From Neoechinorhynchus agilis (taxonomy: Eukaryota; Animalia; Acanthocephala): a stretch of 64,000 bases of DNA. Position 1 is the first letter of the stretch; each line of letters opens with the position of its first letter. The notes beneath the pieces were generated by a model. That model was not told the origin of the DNA and searched no databases. It was given only the letters and a program-made list of their open reading frames with translations. This document shows, piece after piece, positions 1 through 13,040 of the stretch. A program made the translations under genes and the position numbers. Location: assembly GCA_051530055.1 (NCBI GenBank), contig CM121341.1:11882784-11946783 (forward strand). The letters run 5' to 3'.

Positions 1-988
1 TTGTAAACTGTATTTGATTTTAAAGAAATCAACAAACTGAAGTTAATCGCTACCTCTCAAAAAGGACCTAAAACTCATTTTTTTGCGGGATACTTCCATT
101 TATAGACTGGTATTTAAGATATTTTTTAAATCGCTATTTTTTTTGAGAGCTACTCTTTCATTTACACACACAACAACAAAACGCTTCAACAATCACCACC
201 GTCCATGAAGAGGAGGCATCGCTCTCCCCTCAGTGATCGCGACCACACTCGCTGCGTTTCCTCTTCGGATCGCGAGTGCCGAGCTACCGAGCGCACCAAG
301 AGTCTCCACTCCAAAGGGTATAAAAACGTGAGACCTACTTAATTCTTTATATTTCGCCACCTTTCGGCCCTTGGGGACTGCACCACAAACCTATTAAGAA
401 AAATTGTATCATTTTTCGCGATTTAAAAAAATATATTAGATGCTTTGGACATTTTGTGAAAATTCTAATAAAAAGAACAGCTACAATGATGTTTCGACCA
501 CAGAAAGTTACTCAATTTAAGCAAAGTTCTCCAATGAGCTTTTTGTGCGCAAAAAATATGAACTCGGCACTACTTGAGCAACGAAAAACACATCTTACGA
601 ATTATTGTTTACAGTTCTTCGCCCGGTAAATATTCTTTTTATGGAAAAGCGTTCGACGAATCTCGTCGCATTCATTATCAGTTTGTTGAAGGTCTTTTAA
701 TACCCGACGAGGTTCGCAGAATGTTTTTCCACAAAAAATAATATTTACCGGTTGAAGACTTGTAAGCAATAATTCCTCAAGCTTTTTGCTTTAAAAAGCG
801 TTGGTGAGGCGTTTTCATGTTCAAAAATCTTTGTTTAATTTATATCGTGACTAAAAAGAAATGCGGGCCTTTCGCTTCTCGGTTTCAAATAAACCTTACA
901 CACGAAACTTTTACGAAAGACTTTGTGTATGTGTAATAAAAAGCTATTTGATTATTGTTCTTTTCAGAGTTTTGTTACTAAACTCTAA

Positions 989-3900
989 ATGGCTCATACC
1001 AGTCCAGGTGGGTTGTTCTCTCCAAAAAATAAAATCTATTTCATTCAGTTCAATTCGCGAATCCGAATGTGCCGATCCATGCGCAGCTCCAATATCAATC
1101 CATCCAGAACCAGCAGCCATACTACCACTACAGACCTCAACTGCGTATGCCTCAACCAGCGACTGCGCCGGCTCCTGGTCAAGTCGGTTTTGACGGACGA
1201 ATGCTGCGCAAAGCGATGGCTCGTAAGACAGTGGACTACAATTCAAGCGTAGTGAATTACCTTGAGAACCTCGGATTTTGCCATGGTCAAACAGAACTCC
1301 TCGAGCCGGATATTTTGTTTACGCCAGATCTGGTGCCTCCACAAGCCATGATGGATCAACCTTGCAACTGCGTGATGACCAAATTCATTCGTCCTGCGAC
1401 GAATAAGAATCGATGCCCGATTTTCTCAGTTTGTTGGACACCAGACGGGCGACGATTGTTAACAGGAGCATCCAGTGGCGAATTTACTCTTTGGAATGGA
1501 CTTACTTTTAACTTTGAAACCATTCTTCAGGCATGTTTTTAAATTTTTGTTATACTTAAAGTTTATTTCTTTGCTATATTTAAGGCTCATGATGCATCTA
1601 TTAGATGTATGAGATGGTCTCATAACGAACAATGGTTGCTTACTTGTGACCAGACTGGACACGTTAAATATTGGCAATCGAATATGAACAATGTGAAGAT
1701 GATTAACGCCCATAAGGATGCTGTGAGACAATTGAGGTTAGTGTTATCGACGGTGTGAGAGATTACGGTAGGGAACGTGTGAATGGACGTGGTTATATGT
1801 GCGCTTTAGGTTGCAAAATCAACGATTGTTAAACGGCAAACACTCACCGATCTCGTCGTGCACGATTATGGCTGCTTTTAGAGAGCTAATTTTCTTTAAA
1901 AATAAATTCTGTGGCGGGAGGGGGTGGTTTCGGCAAAATTAACGCAATACAAAATCAGTATTTTTCTCTTTCTGAAAGGCTTAAAATAAAAATGTCCTGT
2001 TTGCTGTGAGTTACGTGTGCAGCCGTGGGATAATAGGTGATGGGGAAATACTCGAATAAATCGTTCTTAAAGAGTTCTTGCGAAAATGACCGTTGAATGT
2101 TTTCACGTTTCGCGAATAAATCGTCTCTCTTTTTCTTAAAGAATCTAAGCATGCATTAGTGTATACGAATTAACTCGTTCTTATTTGAAACTCCCTATTG
2201 AATCTAAGTGATTCCAATGATTCCGTTCTCATCATGACGATCATTTACACGATCGAGTAATATATCTCGTATTCTCGATTTAATAAACTTTTAATATTTC
2301 ACTAATTTCGTCCTGACTTTTCGAATTGATTTCAAATCTTTAAAGTCATCAATGGTCACATGTAAGCAATGATTCTTATAATACGCTCAAAATTTTAACT
2401 CTTGATCAAATACCTTTTAAGGAAAAAGAAAATTCGTGCAACCATTTGTTGAATTTTACTATTTGAATTATGGGAACAAACTTAATTACGAAGATATTCC
2501 GTTTTGTGAACTTGTTAAACCTCGTTTTTCAAAATAACCTACCATTTGCACATTTTGGTCACTAAAGAAATTGCGTCCATTCCAAATCTGTAATGTTGCA
2601 TCCTAGTGAACATTTTCCTGTTTTTCGTTCACAAAACATTTCCACGTCAATTCCCTCGTTCCTTAGTTACTCTCCGAACGATCTTAAGTTTGCTACTTGT
2701 TCTGACGATGGAACTGTTCGCATATTCGACTTTTACCGTTGCGAAGAAGAAGCCGTTCTAAAAGGCCATGGATCAGATGTGAAATGCGTTGATTGGCACC
2801 CATTTCGGAGTTTGCTAGTTTCTGGTAGTAAGGACAGCCAGCAGCCGGTTATTGCTTGGGATCCGCGCAGTCATCGAAAGATTGGAGCAATGTGAGTATA
2901 CATTTTTGAACCAAACTATAAAACAAGTATTTTGATTATTTAGACACGCTCATAAGAACACTTGCATGGACCTGAAATGGAATCGAATAAGGACGCTACT
3001 CTTATGTTTTATTAAATGACCTCTTTTATAAAACCAGAATCGCGTTCATAAATGGAAATTGGCTTGTGACAGCATCCCGGGATCATCTGTGCAAACTCTT
3101 TGACGTTCGAAATTTGTCTACCGAATTGCGAGTATTCCGAGGACATAAACGAGAAGCATGCACCCTTGCATGGCACCCAATCCACGAGACGCTATTTGCT
3201 TCCGGTGGATCGGACGGATCTTTATACTTTTGGGACGCTCTACTTGACGATTGTTTAGCCGGAATGGATGATGCTCATGATGGTCTCGTCTGGGATTTGT
3301 CATGGCATCCACTGGGACATATGCTTGTTTCTGGATCAAACGATCATACTACTCGTTTCTGGACCCGTAATCGTCCAGGTGACACTTTGATCATGAAGCG
3401 CGAGGAGCGTCCATTGGCGGGTCTTGAGGAAGCTGAAAAACTGGAATCGGGTGCAGGTGGAAGTGGTGATAACGATAAGTGTTATGACGAAGAAGACGAA
3501 AACATCAAAACGGCATCCACGCAATTCAATCTCCCAATTTCAATCGATTCTCCTGATATTCCCGACTTTAACCCCGATCTTCCGCTTATCGTTCAGCTTA
3601 ATGTCGATAGAAAAAAGGATGAGGAAGTCGTTGATTTAAGGAGAGTATTTTTTGATACCGTGGAGATGTTTAAGGATTTCGGATTACCTCAGTTCTCGGA
3701 TACTCATTTTGAAGACGACACAATGATTTCGAAACTTCACGTTTATCCTAATCAGTTCGCAAAACCGATTCCAAAGACATTTGAGCGAGCTTGGAAATCA
3801 GGAAGGTGTCGGCCCGGAACTGTCGTTGATTCTGATATATTTACTGGACCAACGGGAACGGTCGCAGAAGCAGTCGTTGACGCTCAAGCGTTGTTGTCCG

Positions 3901-4463
3901 ATTGGCAACAAGCAGCTACTTCAAACGAATCTTCTGCGAACTTTGCAGAATATTTTCAACAAGGCAATTCGCTTCTTGGGAACGATCCCGGTGCAGTAGG
4001 TGCTGCAGCTGCCGTTGAAGCACTTCGCGACTTTCCTTTCGGAACAGGAGTCGAACCGGATTTGTCTAGAAGATTTCCTACTCGCCGACCGCCTCTGCTC
4101 CCATCGCCACCGATTCCACGCAAACATGATCATTCATATGGACAGTACCAGCCAAATCATCGGGCCATGCAAAATCACGGTACACATGAAGATATGTATT
4201 TTCAACCTCCCCCGAACGTCATCCATCGAAATCAATTCAATTTCTATAATGCTGGCAACATGAGAAACGACCAAATGCCACCACCGCCATTACCACGACA
4301 AGGTCTCCTTCCCTTACCTCCGGATCTTCAGCCCAGATATATGGAACAGCGACTTGAAGAACCATGGCCAGTTCAACAGAGAAGAATGGGAAGACCGCTT
4401 ATTGAGGATCCACCGCCCGTTCCTCCCAAACGACCAGCCGTAAAGCGAAGAAGGCAATATTGA
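989..4463 (+). CDS. WDR33: WD40 pre-mRNA 3'-end processing factor WDR33/Pfs2. Exons approx. 989-1007, 1049-1530, 1585-1736, 2667-2891, 2944-2986, 3051-4463
   Basis: Spliced translation has WDR33 motifs ([84 protein letters not shown]) and a Pro/Gln-rich tail. Introns 1008-1048 GT-AG, 1531-1584 GC-AG, 1737-2666 GT-AG, 2892-2943 GT-AG, 2987-3050 non-canonical. Confidence 0.95.
2987..3050 (+). other. Non-canonical hairpin-ended intron-like insertion (64 nt) in WDR33
   Basis: Removing it restores KWNR|NGNWL. It contains an in-frame TGA, has ends ATAA...CATA, and GGACGC pairs with GCGTTC and GTTTTAT with ATAAAAC. Confidence 0.8.
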
Positions 4464-5659
4464 TTATCACGGTGTTCGCGTGGATCCTGATTCCTGTATA
4501 TGAACTAAAATAAATTCGACTTATCCGACACACGCACACACAAAACTTTGAACTATGCGGTGCAATTGAAAAATTCGGGATTTTTGCATTTCGTCGTTTC
4601 CATTTCCTGTCAACTTATCGTCCGCAATATGCTGAAGAAGTCACTTGTTTGTCCAATAGGTGTCCTGATGTTTAACGAATAGCAACCCATCAATTAACTT
4701 TACAAAAACGTTCTCTTCCAACCAGAAATCATCACGTCTGACGCTTACAAGAATCAATCAGACATTATTCTACAAATAAAAAGGTTCAGTTGACAGCATT
4801 TGTAAAAAATCTTTAGAAACATTACTTATTAATAGAAAGTGTACCACGCAATAGAATCCCATCGAAGCAACATTTATTGGAGCATTTTTTTCTTTAAAAG
4901 AACTTCCGTCAAAGACGATCTGTAGATCTTTATCAAGAATTCATGATTTAGACATTGCTTTGTTCATGGTTTCTTTACAGCCTTTTTGGCTGTGCTTCTT
5001 TTATCTCATTTTTTTGCAATTGGGCTTAAACAATATTATTAAATTAATTGTAGTAAGAACAAGAATGACATTTTTTCCCAGGTATATACGAAGTTTGAAC
5101 CGTGGCCACAAAAAGGTTAAAAATGTCTAGATTTAATGGATTATCATGTAAATTCAGCGACAGTGAACAAAGGAAAAATATAAGAATGTAAAATGTTCCT
5201 ATTCTTTCGTACGAATGTCTTATTGATTTTAGACATGTTTTGATCATTTCTTCTTTTATTGTGTTTTATAGTCTGCCATAAATGTTGAACCGTGAATGTG
5301 TGCGTTACTAAAATCCGCGTTTATTAGATGTTAATTGTTCATTTCCTAGGCAACACTTGATTTTAAAAAGTTCATTAATGTTTTATCGATGGGTATTACA
5401 TTTTTTATTAAAGACTTGAAAAACACGCGCTGAAGATTAAATTTAATCTTTTCACAGATTAAAAACATTTAAAACACTGATGCCTATTTATTTTTCACTC
5501 ATACTTACATTTATTGCAATTCAATATTTCTATGCCACATTGAAATGCGTTTCAGAAGACAGTTAATCGTTTCTCATTACGTTTAATTTTTCGTAATTTT
5601 CTTTTTTTTTGAAGACAAAAAGTACTTTTTTGTGAACAAAGCATTTTCTTCGTGATCTT

Positions 5660-6030
5660 TTCTATTTGGTTACTTTTCTTTACATTCACCACCTCCCACC
5701 AAATTCCAGCTTTTGTCCTTCCTCGACCGTCGCCATCACGCTGGCAGCATTGCCCCGTTGTACTGCCAGCGAGATATTTTGTCGAAGAAATAAGCCTGCT
5801 CTTGAGTCTCCGGTTGCCTCTCTCAATTTCTTCGAGAGATCCTTGAGCAGAGAGAGTGCCGAGCTGCCGAACGCTCCATACGTCTCTACCCCAAAGGGGA
5901 CAAAATAGTGGGCCCTCAATAGCTGCATATATTTTCGTACCTTCCTCCCTTCCGCTGCACTGGCGGCACCACCGGCGATTTCGAGGGAGTAGGGGATGTT
6001 GCTGGCTGCGAGGTGAGTAAAATCATGCTC
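5660..6030 (-). mobile_element. 3' fragment of CRE-like non-LTR retrotransposon (restriction-like endonuclease domain)
   Basis: Translates to FVPFGVETYGAFGSSALSLLKDL...QNISLAVQRGNAASVMATV, the typical RLE C-terminus. Confidence 0.85.
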
Positions 6031-6434
6031 AAAGGTTTTTTGTAGATAAAAACAAGATATTCTCATGCTTTTACGTTATGTTACTTCTAATTATTACTTA
6101 AACCGAACATTGTACCAGTGAAGAATTTTTGCTCAAATTCGAAAAAAAATTAGGTCATAATTATACTGACTTCGAGATGAACGTCACGAAAAACGTCAAG
6201 AACTTGGGGAATTTTTTATTCTTCATCCCAATGGCAAAGCTAGATTTTTTATGAGAAAAATAGAAATATATACTCGACATTGCATTTATCAATTTCTAAT
6301 TACTTGCAAATTACTGCTTTTATGTTTAAAGACCGTCGAAATGGTCATGTTAGTGTTCACTAGAAACTAATTATTCTTCGTCGTATAGATGTGCCTAAAT
6401 AAGCTTTATATCGATTCTGAAAAAACGTTTAAAG

Positions 6435-7025
6435 ATGTTATTTACGCGACTGTATCGACCAATGACGTTGCGACTTTCACCATACTGCAATCGAATTCGC
6501 TCTTGCTTGGTTGCAACTGCTGCAAAAGATCAATTGTACAGCGAAGTGCGTTTAGAACTTGAAGGGCATGACGTCTGTGTGCTTGATTCATACCAAAAGT
6601 ATATTGAACTTACTTCAAATGAACTCGATTTGAAAATTGAACAAATGTGAGTCGTACGGTAATCTCCTTTACCCCTCTTCTATGATTAGTTTTCCATTCA
6701 GCGAAAGACCATTGCGATTCATTGAACGATGGTCCATTTTAAAATCTAAATTCGGCCATAAAAAGCACTTTAAGCAGTATGAAATGCGGACATATTTTAG
6801 AACGATAACTGTTTGTATAGGAGCATATATTGCATGTAACCAAATTTTCACAATATTTAGTTGTCCAACTTAACCGGTTCGACGCTATCTACATTTTTGG
6901 AGTACATCCAGCGCAACGTGCCGGAGGGCGTGATGATGATTGTAAGAAAGACCGAAATGCAGCCATTATCGGACGATATATTGAACGATATTCACAAGCG
7001 AGTCACGAGCGGTCAAAATACATAA
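6435..7025 (+). CDS. MRPS10: Mitochondrial ribosomal protein S10 (uS10m). Exons 6435-6646, 6702-6810, 6861-7025
   Basis: VRLELEGHDVCVLDSYQKYI, ERWSILKSKFGHKKHFKQYEMRTY, LTGSTLSTFLEYIQRNVPEGV; two short GT-AG introns. Confidence 0.9.
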
Positions 7026-7042
7026 ACGCATCAGTTTTGTTG

Positions 7043-7791
7043 TTACATTAGTCCTTCTTGCTCACGTCTATCCTTTAGTAGTCTCTTTTCTTTAGCTCGC
7101 CTATTTTGAAACCAGACCTAAATGAAATGTACTGCTTTAAGCGTCTTGTTCTTAAACTTTATGATGCAAGATTTACCTGAACAACTCTGGAATCGAGACC
7201 AGTCTCAATCGACAATTTTTCTCGCACATGTCTCTGGGGTTTCGCACTTTCTTTATAGGCTCGTTTTAGAATGTCTAGTTGGTAAGATGAAATAGTTGTA
7301 CGAGGTCTTTTTGGGCCATCGAACAGCGCTTTAATTTTTTATTTGAATACGACCGCAAGAAGGAATGGTACATACCTTCGAAATCAAGTCTACAAAGCAG
7401 TTTACCAGTCGTAAGACGATAAAATTGTTCGCCTGTTCGAAACGATTTTTTGCATACTTTGCAACTGAAGCAATCCAAGTGATAGATGTAATCGTTTGCT
7501 TTTCGAACTGTCACTGCTGGTGGAATATACTGGCGGCAGTTTTCACAACGAGATCCAAACGTCCTGTTTTATAAATACCGATTTATTTTTCAATATATTA
7601 CACACGTGGAATGAACCTTATGTAATCTTCTGGACAATAGATATCACCATGAACTATGTAACACTTCTCTTTTAGTACGTATTTGCACTGAATACAAATT
7701 AGACATCTTCGATGGAAACTCTGCTCTTGTAGTCGGTAGATGTACTCGTCCAATATTATTTCGTAGCATCCTGCACATCGATGGGTACGTC
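7043..7791 (-). CDS. LHX3: LIM-homeodomain transcription factor, Lhx3/4-like (5' exon not located)
   Basis: Two LIM domains (CAGC...[10 protein letters not shown]...YCPED; CENC...[11 protein letters not shown]...LLCRLD) and homeodomain [13 protein letters not shown]...[38 protein letters not shown] introns. Lhx3 versus Lhx4 cannot be resolved. Confidence 0.85.
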
Positions 7792-8299
7792 CTAAATATT
7801 TTAAAAAATATGATAATTCGCTATTATAACCAACGATAAAATATATGAAGAGAATTGCATATTAGAAAAATAGATAATTTGTGTGTAATGCAAAGCATTT
7901 TCACTTGTAAAAAGTACTAAATGATTCGTAATTAGTTTTTCGAACATAAAAGTTTATTCAATTACTCTTTGCGGTGATTGGTTGCGCTTTTGGCCAATAG
8001 GACCCCAAATTTAGTGTTTCATTTAAAATTAAAGAGGACAAAAAATACGACAAACAGATGTCAGCTAATGAATCACATACATTTTAGAATATTGGTTTAA
8101 CACAAACAAAAATTTATTTTAAATCCAACAATGATTTCAATTGGTTATATATTATATTAATTTGAAAATATAAACCTTTAAAGGAATGCAAAATATACCA
8201 ACCATCCATTTATCCCTCAAGTTTATCAACTTTTTAAGACAAAATAGTCTTTCTTCTTACAATCCCATTTAATTGGACGTTTTTTGTATTCGTGTGAAA

Positions 8300-10870
8300 T
8301 GCTACGGGAAACCCTTAAAGCGGAAATGTCAGCTTTCCGCATAGCTCTTCATTAAATCGATAAGTATCAAGTAATAGGTTCTTGGTGCGGTGTTGAGACT
8401 GACACTTGAAAATTACTTGTGCCGATGAGATTCTATATGAATTGCAGAAGTAGACTTGCGAAATATTTGGTTGTCAAGCTTGGTGTGTCCAAATGATTAA
8501 TTTGTCACAAACGCTGTATTTATTCTTGCAAAAAATCTATCTTAGCACTTTAAATGAACCTTTGAATCTTTTAGCTCTTTTCGAAAATTGTCGTCTAAAT
8601 CAAGTGGAACCTGCGTTAGCCTTACAAGTCCACAAAGAATTCTCAGAGTTAAATAATGCATGTTCATCACACTTGATAACGTAGGATTCAATTTCATCGT
8701 TTCTCTAACAAAGAAACCGCCTCGGAGACCGTCTCCGTCTGTTACAATATCCAGAAGATGAAAAGTGCTTAGGAATTCAGTCAAAAACATTCCACCGCCT
8801 TCGAGAGATTTTAAGAGGCTACTGAACACTTCTACGGGAATGCTGTTTCCGGTTGGAATTTTGCTTAGCACTTTTAGCTGTTTCAGTGCATTGACCGTTG
8901 GTGAGTCTCTACATGAAGTCTTCCCCCCTTTTAGTTCGACTCATCCGGTCATTTACAAAAATATTCGTGAACTTTATCGTCCAAGGCGCATGTCTGGTTC
9001 ATATTTACAAAGCTTTCACCATGATGAGCGCGGTCGTAGAGGACTTTCTTTACAAATCGCTTGATCATTCGACAAACCTCGAGGTGGTTTTGTCCTAATC
9101 GCTTTATTTCAGATTGCAAGTTAAACGAAAATCGACACCTTTTTCGATAGTCATTGTTGTCGAATCTTAAAACTCGCTTCCTTACTGCATTTCTATTCGT
9201 CGAAACTTTTAATCTTTTCGCGCTGTCTCGTTCTAAAATGGCCGCATTCAGCTTTATTATTTCGATTGTCACTTTAGCGAAATCTGTTATCTTTAGAGAA
9301 TACTCCACTAAGGAGCGTGCAATCGATATGAGTTCTTCTTTTATAAAATCTTCATTGTAAATCATCGAACAGGCACCATGCTGATCATTGAAATCGGTGA
9401 CCTTCATGGTTTGTTGGCGTCGTCTGAATTGATTTAGACGACCAAAGATTCTAACTATTGCAGTATCAAAAATGTCGCACTCGTCGTTACCATGGTCGCA
9501 ATCAATATAAAAAATATAAGAATAATTGATTTAATAGATATCGCAATACCAATATTTCTTGTCGTTATTTCTCATCATTTTAAAAGCGCCTTGTTTCATG
9601 AAGTACTCAAAACTCACTTTATCTTGTTCGAAACATGTGCTTCAACTTTAAGACGACGTCTCGTTGAGCACCAGAAATATAATCAAAACGTTGATCAGTC
9701 TCAATGTCCTCATCGATCATGAAGTAAATTTGTGGAAACTGCGGTGCTTTTTGTAGGAGGTCGGTTTTAATGCAGATTCGGTCGGAGCTTGTTCCGTAGA
9801 TAGTGGTTTAATTCTGGAGTACTTGCTGACAAGAGTTGATTTAGTTACTGCGGTAGTGATTGCAGTAGGGAAAGTTGAACTTTTCCATTGCTACAGCACA
9901 TTCCAAAAAGTTCTGCTTTATATTTTTTTAGCATGGTAATTATCACAAATGTTTCAATTGTGGTGCGTGGTGCAGAACAACAATTCAAACGTTATCATCT
10001 CGAAGGATTTTTCTCTCTATGAATTGCAAATGTTGTTCATATCACCAATAACGACATTGGAATGTTGCGCATACATCTCAAATCGTAGAGAACTTATAAG
10101 CGATTGCTGATAGGATGAAACTTACTAGTCAAATATTTCAATTCAATAAAATATCTTTTATCCAAGAGATTATGATCACCACATTTACAACGCTATTATC
10201 CTGTTATTAAAACTATAGCAGAACGTTGTTTATCCGAATTGATTTGGATGGGACACCATTCTGATGCGTGATTTCTTTTGGGATAACCGAATATCCAATG
10301 TGATGTGTTCTTAGCATGCTGTGAAAGTGGTTTACTAAAAGCAAAATCCGGGCGGAACTACATACTTTTAGCCTTATGGTTGCAAATAATCACTTATTTT
10401 TCTCTGTACAACTGCACACATTCGTTTTTTCGCTGCAAGGCTTCTGATTCTCTTGAGCTGTTATAGATAATTGATGTTTCTGATAATCAACGTTTCGCTG
10501 TAGTCCTTAAAGATCGGAATTGAATGTTTCGTGTTTTGTTTCCTGGTTGCATTGAAAGGAATACTAATATTTTCCTTTTTATTGTATGATTTCAAAACAG
10601 CATAATGAGGTTTCTTGTTAATATAATTTTAACATGTCTAAAGGAAATCCATTTGATATCTCACTCTGAACATCCTTGCACTCATTCGGACAAGCTTTTT
10701 TTTTATTAAATATAACAAAGCTACACTGTTCACCAAATGAAAAACGATCGCCCTGAAAGTATTTAGATAACTGATTGATTTCTAAAAACAATTCTTGAAA
10801 GTGCGATACTATTAGAAAATAAGGTTGGTGATATTTATTTTTCTAATAATTGCGATCAAAAGAAAGTTGA
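8300..10870 (-). pseudogene. Decayed coding element of unknown family (possibly transposon-derived)
   Basis: Frameshifted, stop-interrupted ORF pieces (8949-9407, 8542-8871 and upstream coding-like sequence with a Cys motif); 8524-9454 is duplicated at 17609-18522. Confidence 0.4.
8524..9454. repeat. Dispersed ~0.92-kb duplication, copy 1
   Basis: Near-identical to 17609-18522; carries an extra 17 nt (ATGCATGTTCATCACAC). Confidence 0.95.
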
Positions 10871-10971
10871 AAAATCGACATTTAGATGAATAAGCTCGCA
10901 ACGTTCTTCGTAGCCGGGCTTGCTAGAATTTGTAGTTAAAATCTAGCAGGCATAAAGACAATACTTGACAG

Positions 10972-11167
10972 CAATAATAACACGTTTATTGTTAAAATAC
11001 AAAGAATAGGAGGACCCATCTAACTTTGGGTCATTATAAGCACTCGAGTTCAGAGTTATTAAAAAAACCTGTCTGTTATGGTGAGAATATGCGGTCGATT
11101 AATGTCCATTCAGGTGGTAATATCTGGTCGGATGGATGTCCATTCGAGTGGGTCTATCAAGTCGGGG
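10972..11167 (-). mobile_element. Short L2-family 3' end (SINE-like or heavily 5'-truncated LINE), copy A
   Basis: On the minus strand: GGACAT-like short repeats, hairpin GACCCA-AAGTTAGA-TGGGTC, then AATAAACGTGTT(ATT)n tail. Confidence 0.65.
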
Positions 11168-12750
11168 TATAATAATAACACGTTTATTTGTTAGTTAACA
11201 ACGAAAAGTATCCACGTATCTTTGGGTTTCCGAACATTCGAATTCGCAGGGGAGATTTTTAGGTTGGATATTTCGTCCGGTTCATGATATTTTAAATTTT
11301 GATGCCCAGATTATATTTTGATATCCAAACGGATCTTGAACGTTGTTTCGTTTATGTGGTATAATTGTTTTTGGTCGTTTTGTTGAAGATTGATTTATTT
11401 GATTTTGGTTGGTTAATTTATAGTTGTTGTTTTGTATCATTCCTCCGAATCAATTCGCATTTGGAGGATTGAGCAGTGGGGAAGAAAGAGCTTGTGCGAG
11501 GAACTGAAAAATAGAAAATGTTAGGGCGACGAGTGTTGCAAGTGTGAGTAAAAGGAGAAATCTGTGATAGAAATTGAAGAGGAGGAAGAGAATGAAAGCG
11601 CTTTGAGTGCTTTTGAAAGATTAGATAGAGGTGTATTTCTAAGGGCAGGAGTTCGGTGGAAAAGATTAGAGCGCACCTCTCTTGTGGAATGTATTAAGTT
11701 TTTTGTATAGATTAGATGAAAAATTGCAGAAGGTTGGATTTGTGTAGGTGAGCGTAGCATTTAAGGTCTTTGGATGATAATCCAACTAATCGAAGGCGTT
11801 TAAGAAGGTAGAGCATAATGGACCCTTTTTGCAACAAAATTGATTTACTTGTCTCACTTTAGATTTTCTTGAAAATGAAGACCAAGTATACGAACAGAGG
11901 AGACACGATTGATAGGAAAAGGAAGAAGCAGCTGATCGGAAGGGCTATTTGAGATTGAAGGGACGATTTCGATGCACTTGGTTAAGTTAAGGGTAAGACA
12001 TTTAGAGGAGCGAAATCCTTAAACGTGAGAAATCTCATAGAAATAATTGAAAGTAAAAGGGTAGCCGATGCATGCGTAATGATTGTGAGATCATCAGCAT
12101 ACAACAAGTGTTTAAAATAACAAGAGGTGGCAGAAAAGAATGGGGGAGAGAACAGCCCCTTCGGGGACTCCCGTGTTGATTTCTAAGGTGTTTGAGACGA
12201 TGCTCCCTATTTCGATAAATTGTAACCTAGTGTTTAGAAAAGGAATTCAGCCGTTTTTCACAGGCGGCAAGACCAAATTTATATCTTGTATCAAGGAGAA
12301 GGTTGTGATCGACGGAATCAAAAACTTTATGAATGTTGATTTGAATGAGTCGAAAGATAAATAAAGGTTTTGCGTCGAGATAATGAAAAAGCGAATCGTA
12401 GATGCAAAGGGCGGGTGCGCTTTAAAGCATTTCTCTAAGGCTTTAGAGAAGGATGGTAAGATAGAGATGGGTCGAAAACTTGAGGTAGATATAAGTTTAC
12501 CTGCTTTCGGCAGCTGGGTTGCGCGAGCTGTTTTAGGGCAATTAGGGAAGATTACAGTAATGAAACTTTGGTTGATTTTATGGGTAAGTGGATCAATTAA
12601 ATCTGGGATGATAAAGCGTAGAGCCCAGTTGTTGATTTGCGTGGCTTTTTCCGAAGAAGCATGAGGATATCATACTTGGAAATCATGGGAGGTGAAGCAG
12701 TAGAAGCTGGGAGCGGTGATGTAGATCGGGAAGGGGATTATTTTTTATTT
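11168..12750 (-). mobile_element. Decayed L2-like LINE fragment (RT plus 3' UTR), copy B
   Basis: Minus strand has RT remnants (FPIDISKAFE-like, GVPKGAVLSP, YADDLTII) with the C/T-rich composition of the other L2 copies and the same AATAAACGTGTT(ATT)n tail. Confidence 0.7.
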
Positions 12751-12773
12751 GTGTTCGAGTGAGAGTTACAAAG

Positions 12774-13040
12774 TTAATAATAATAACACGTTTTATTTTT
12801 CGATTCACAAAGAAGAGGACCGATGTACCTTTGGGTTCTCATAAACACACAGATATTTGGCTTTTTGGTATGTCCGCTCGAGTGGGAAATGTCCGGTCTG
12901 GGGATGTCCGTTCGGATGGTAATATCCGGTCGGGGTATGCCCGTTCGGGTGAGAATATGTCCGCTAGGGTGAGAATATCCCATCGGGGTATGTTCACTCT
13001 GGTGGAAATTGGAGTTTATTTCTTGCAGGAGCGCTTTTAA
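12774..13040 (-). mobile_element. Short L2-family 3' end with internal ~20-bp GGACAT/ATGTCC degenerate tandem repeats, copy C
   Basis: Similar to copy A (acaaagaa..gaggacc..ctttgggt..ataa..cac); tail AATAAAACGTGTT(ATT)n. Confidence 0.65.

Noticed and set aside
204-741. Short plus-strand ORFs (MKRRHRSPLSD..., MNSALLEQRK...)
   Set aside because: They are 60 aa or shorter, with no homology and no consistent exon chain.
2987-3050. U12-type AT-AC intron
   Set aside because: It starts with AT but lacks the ATATCCT 5' consensus, the branch-point motif and a terminal AC.
2984-3053. Programmed ribosomal bypassing (matched take-off and landing codons around a hairpin) as the explanation for the insertions
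   Set aside because: Matching codon pairs (ATA/ATA, AAT/AAT) would add or delete residues relative to the conserved alignment, and a 2.6-kb hop in NFS1 is implausible.
4500-5250. Possible minus-strand gene
   Set aside because: Only short coding-like stretches with stops; I could not build a consistent spliced model or recognise a family.
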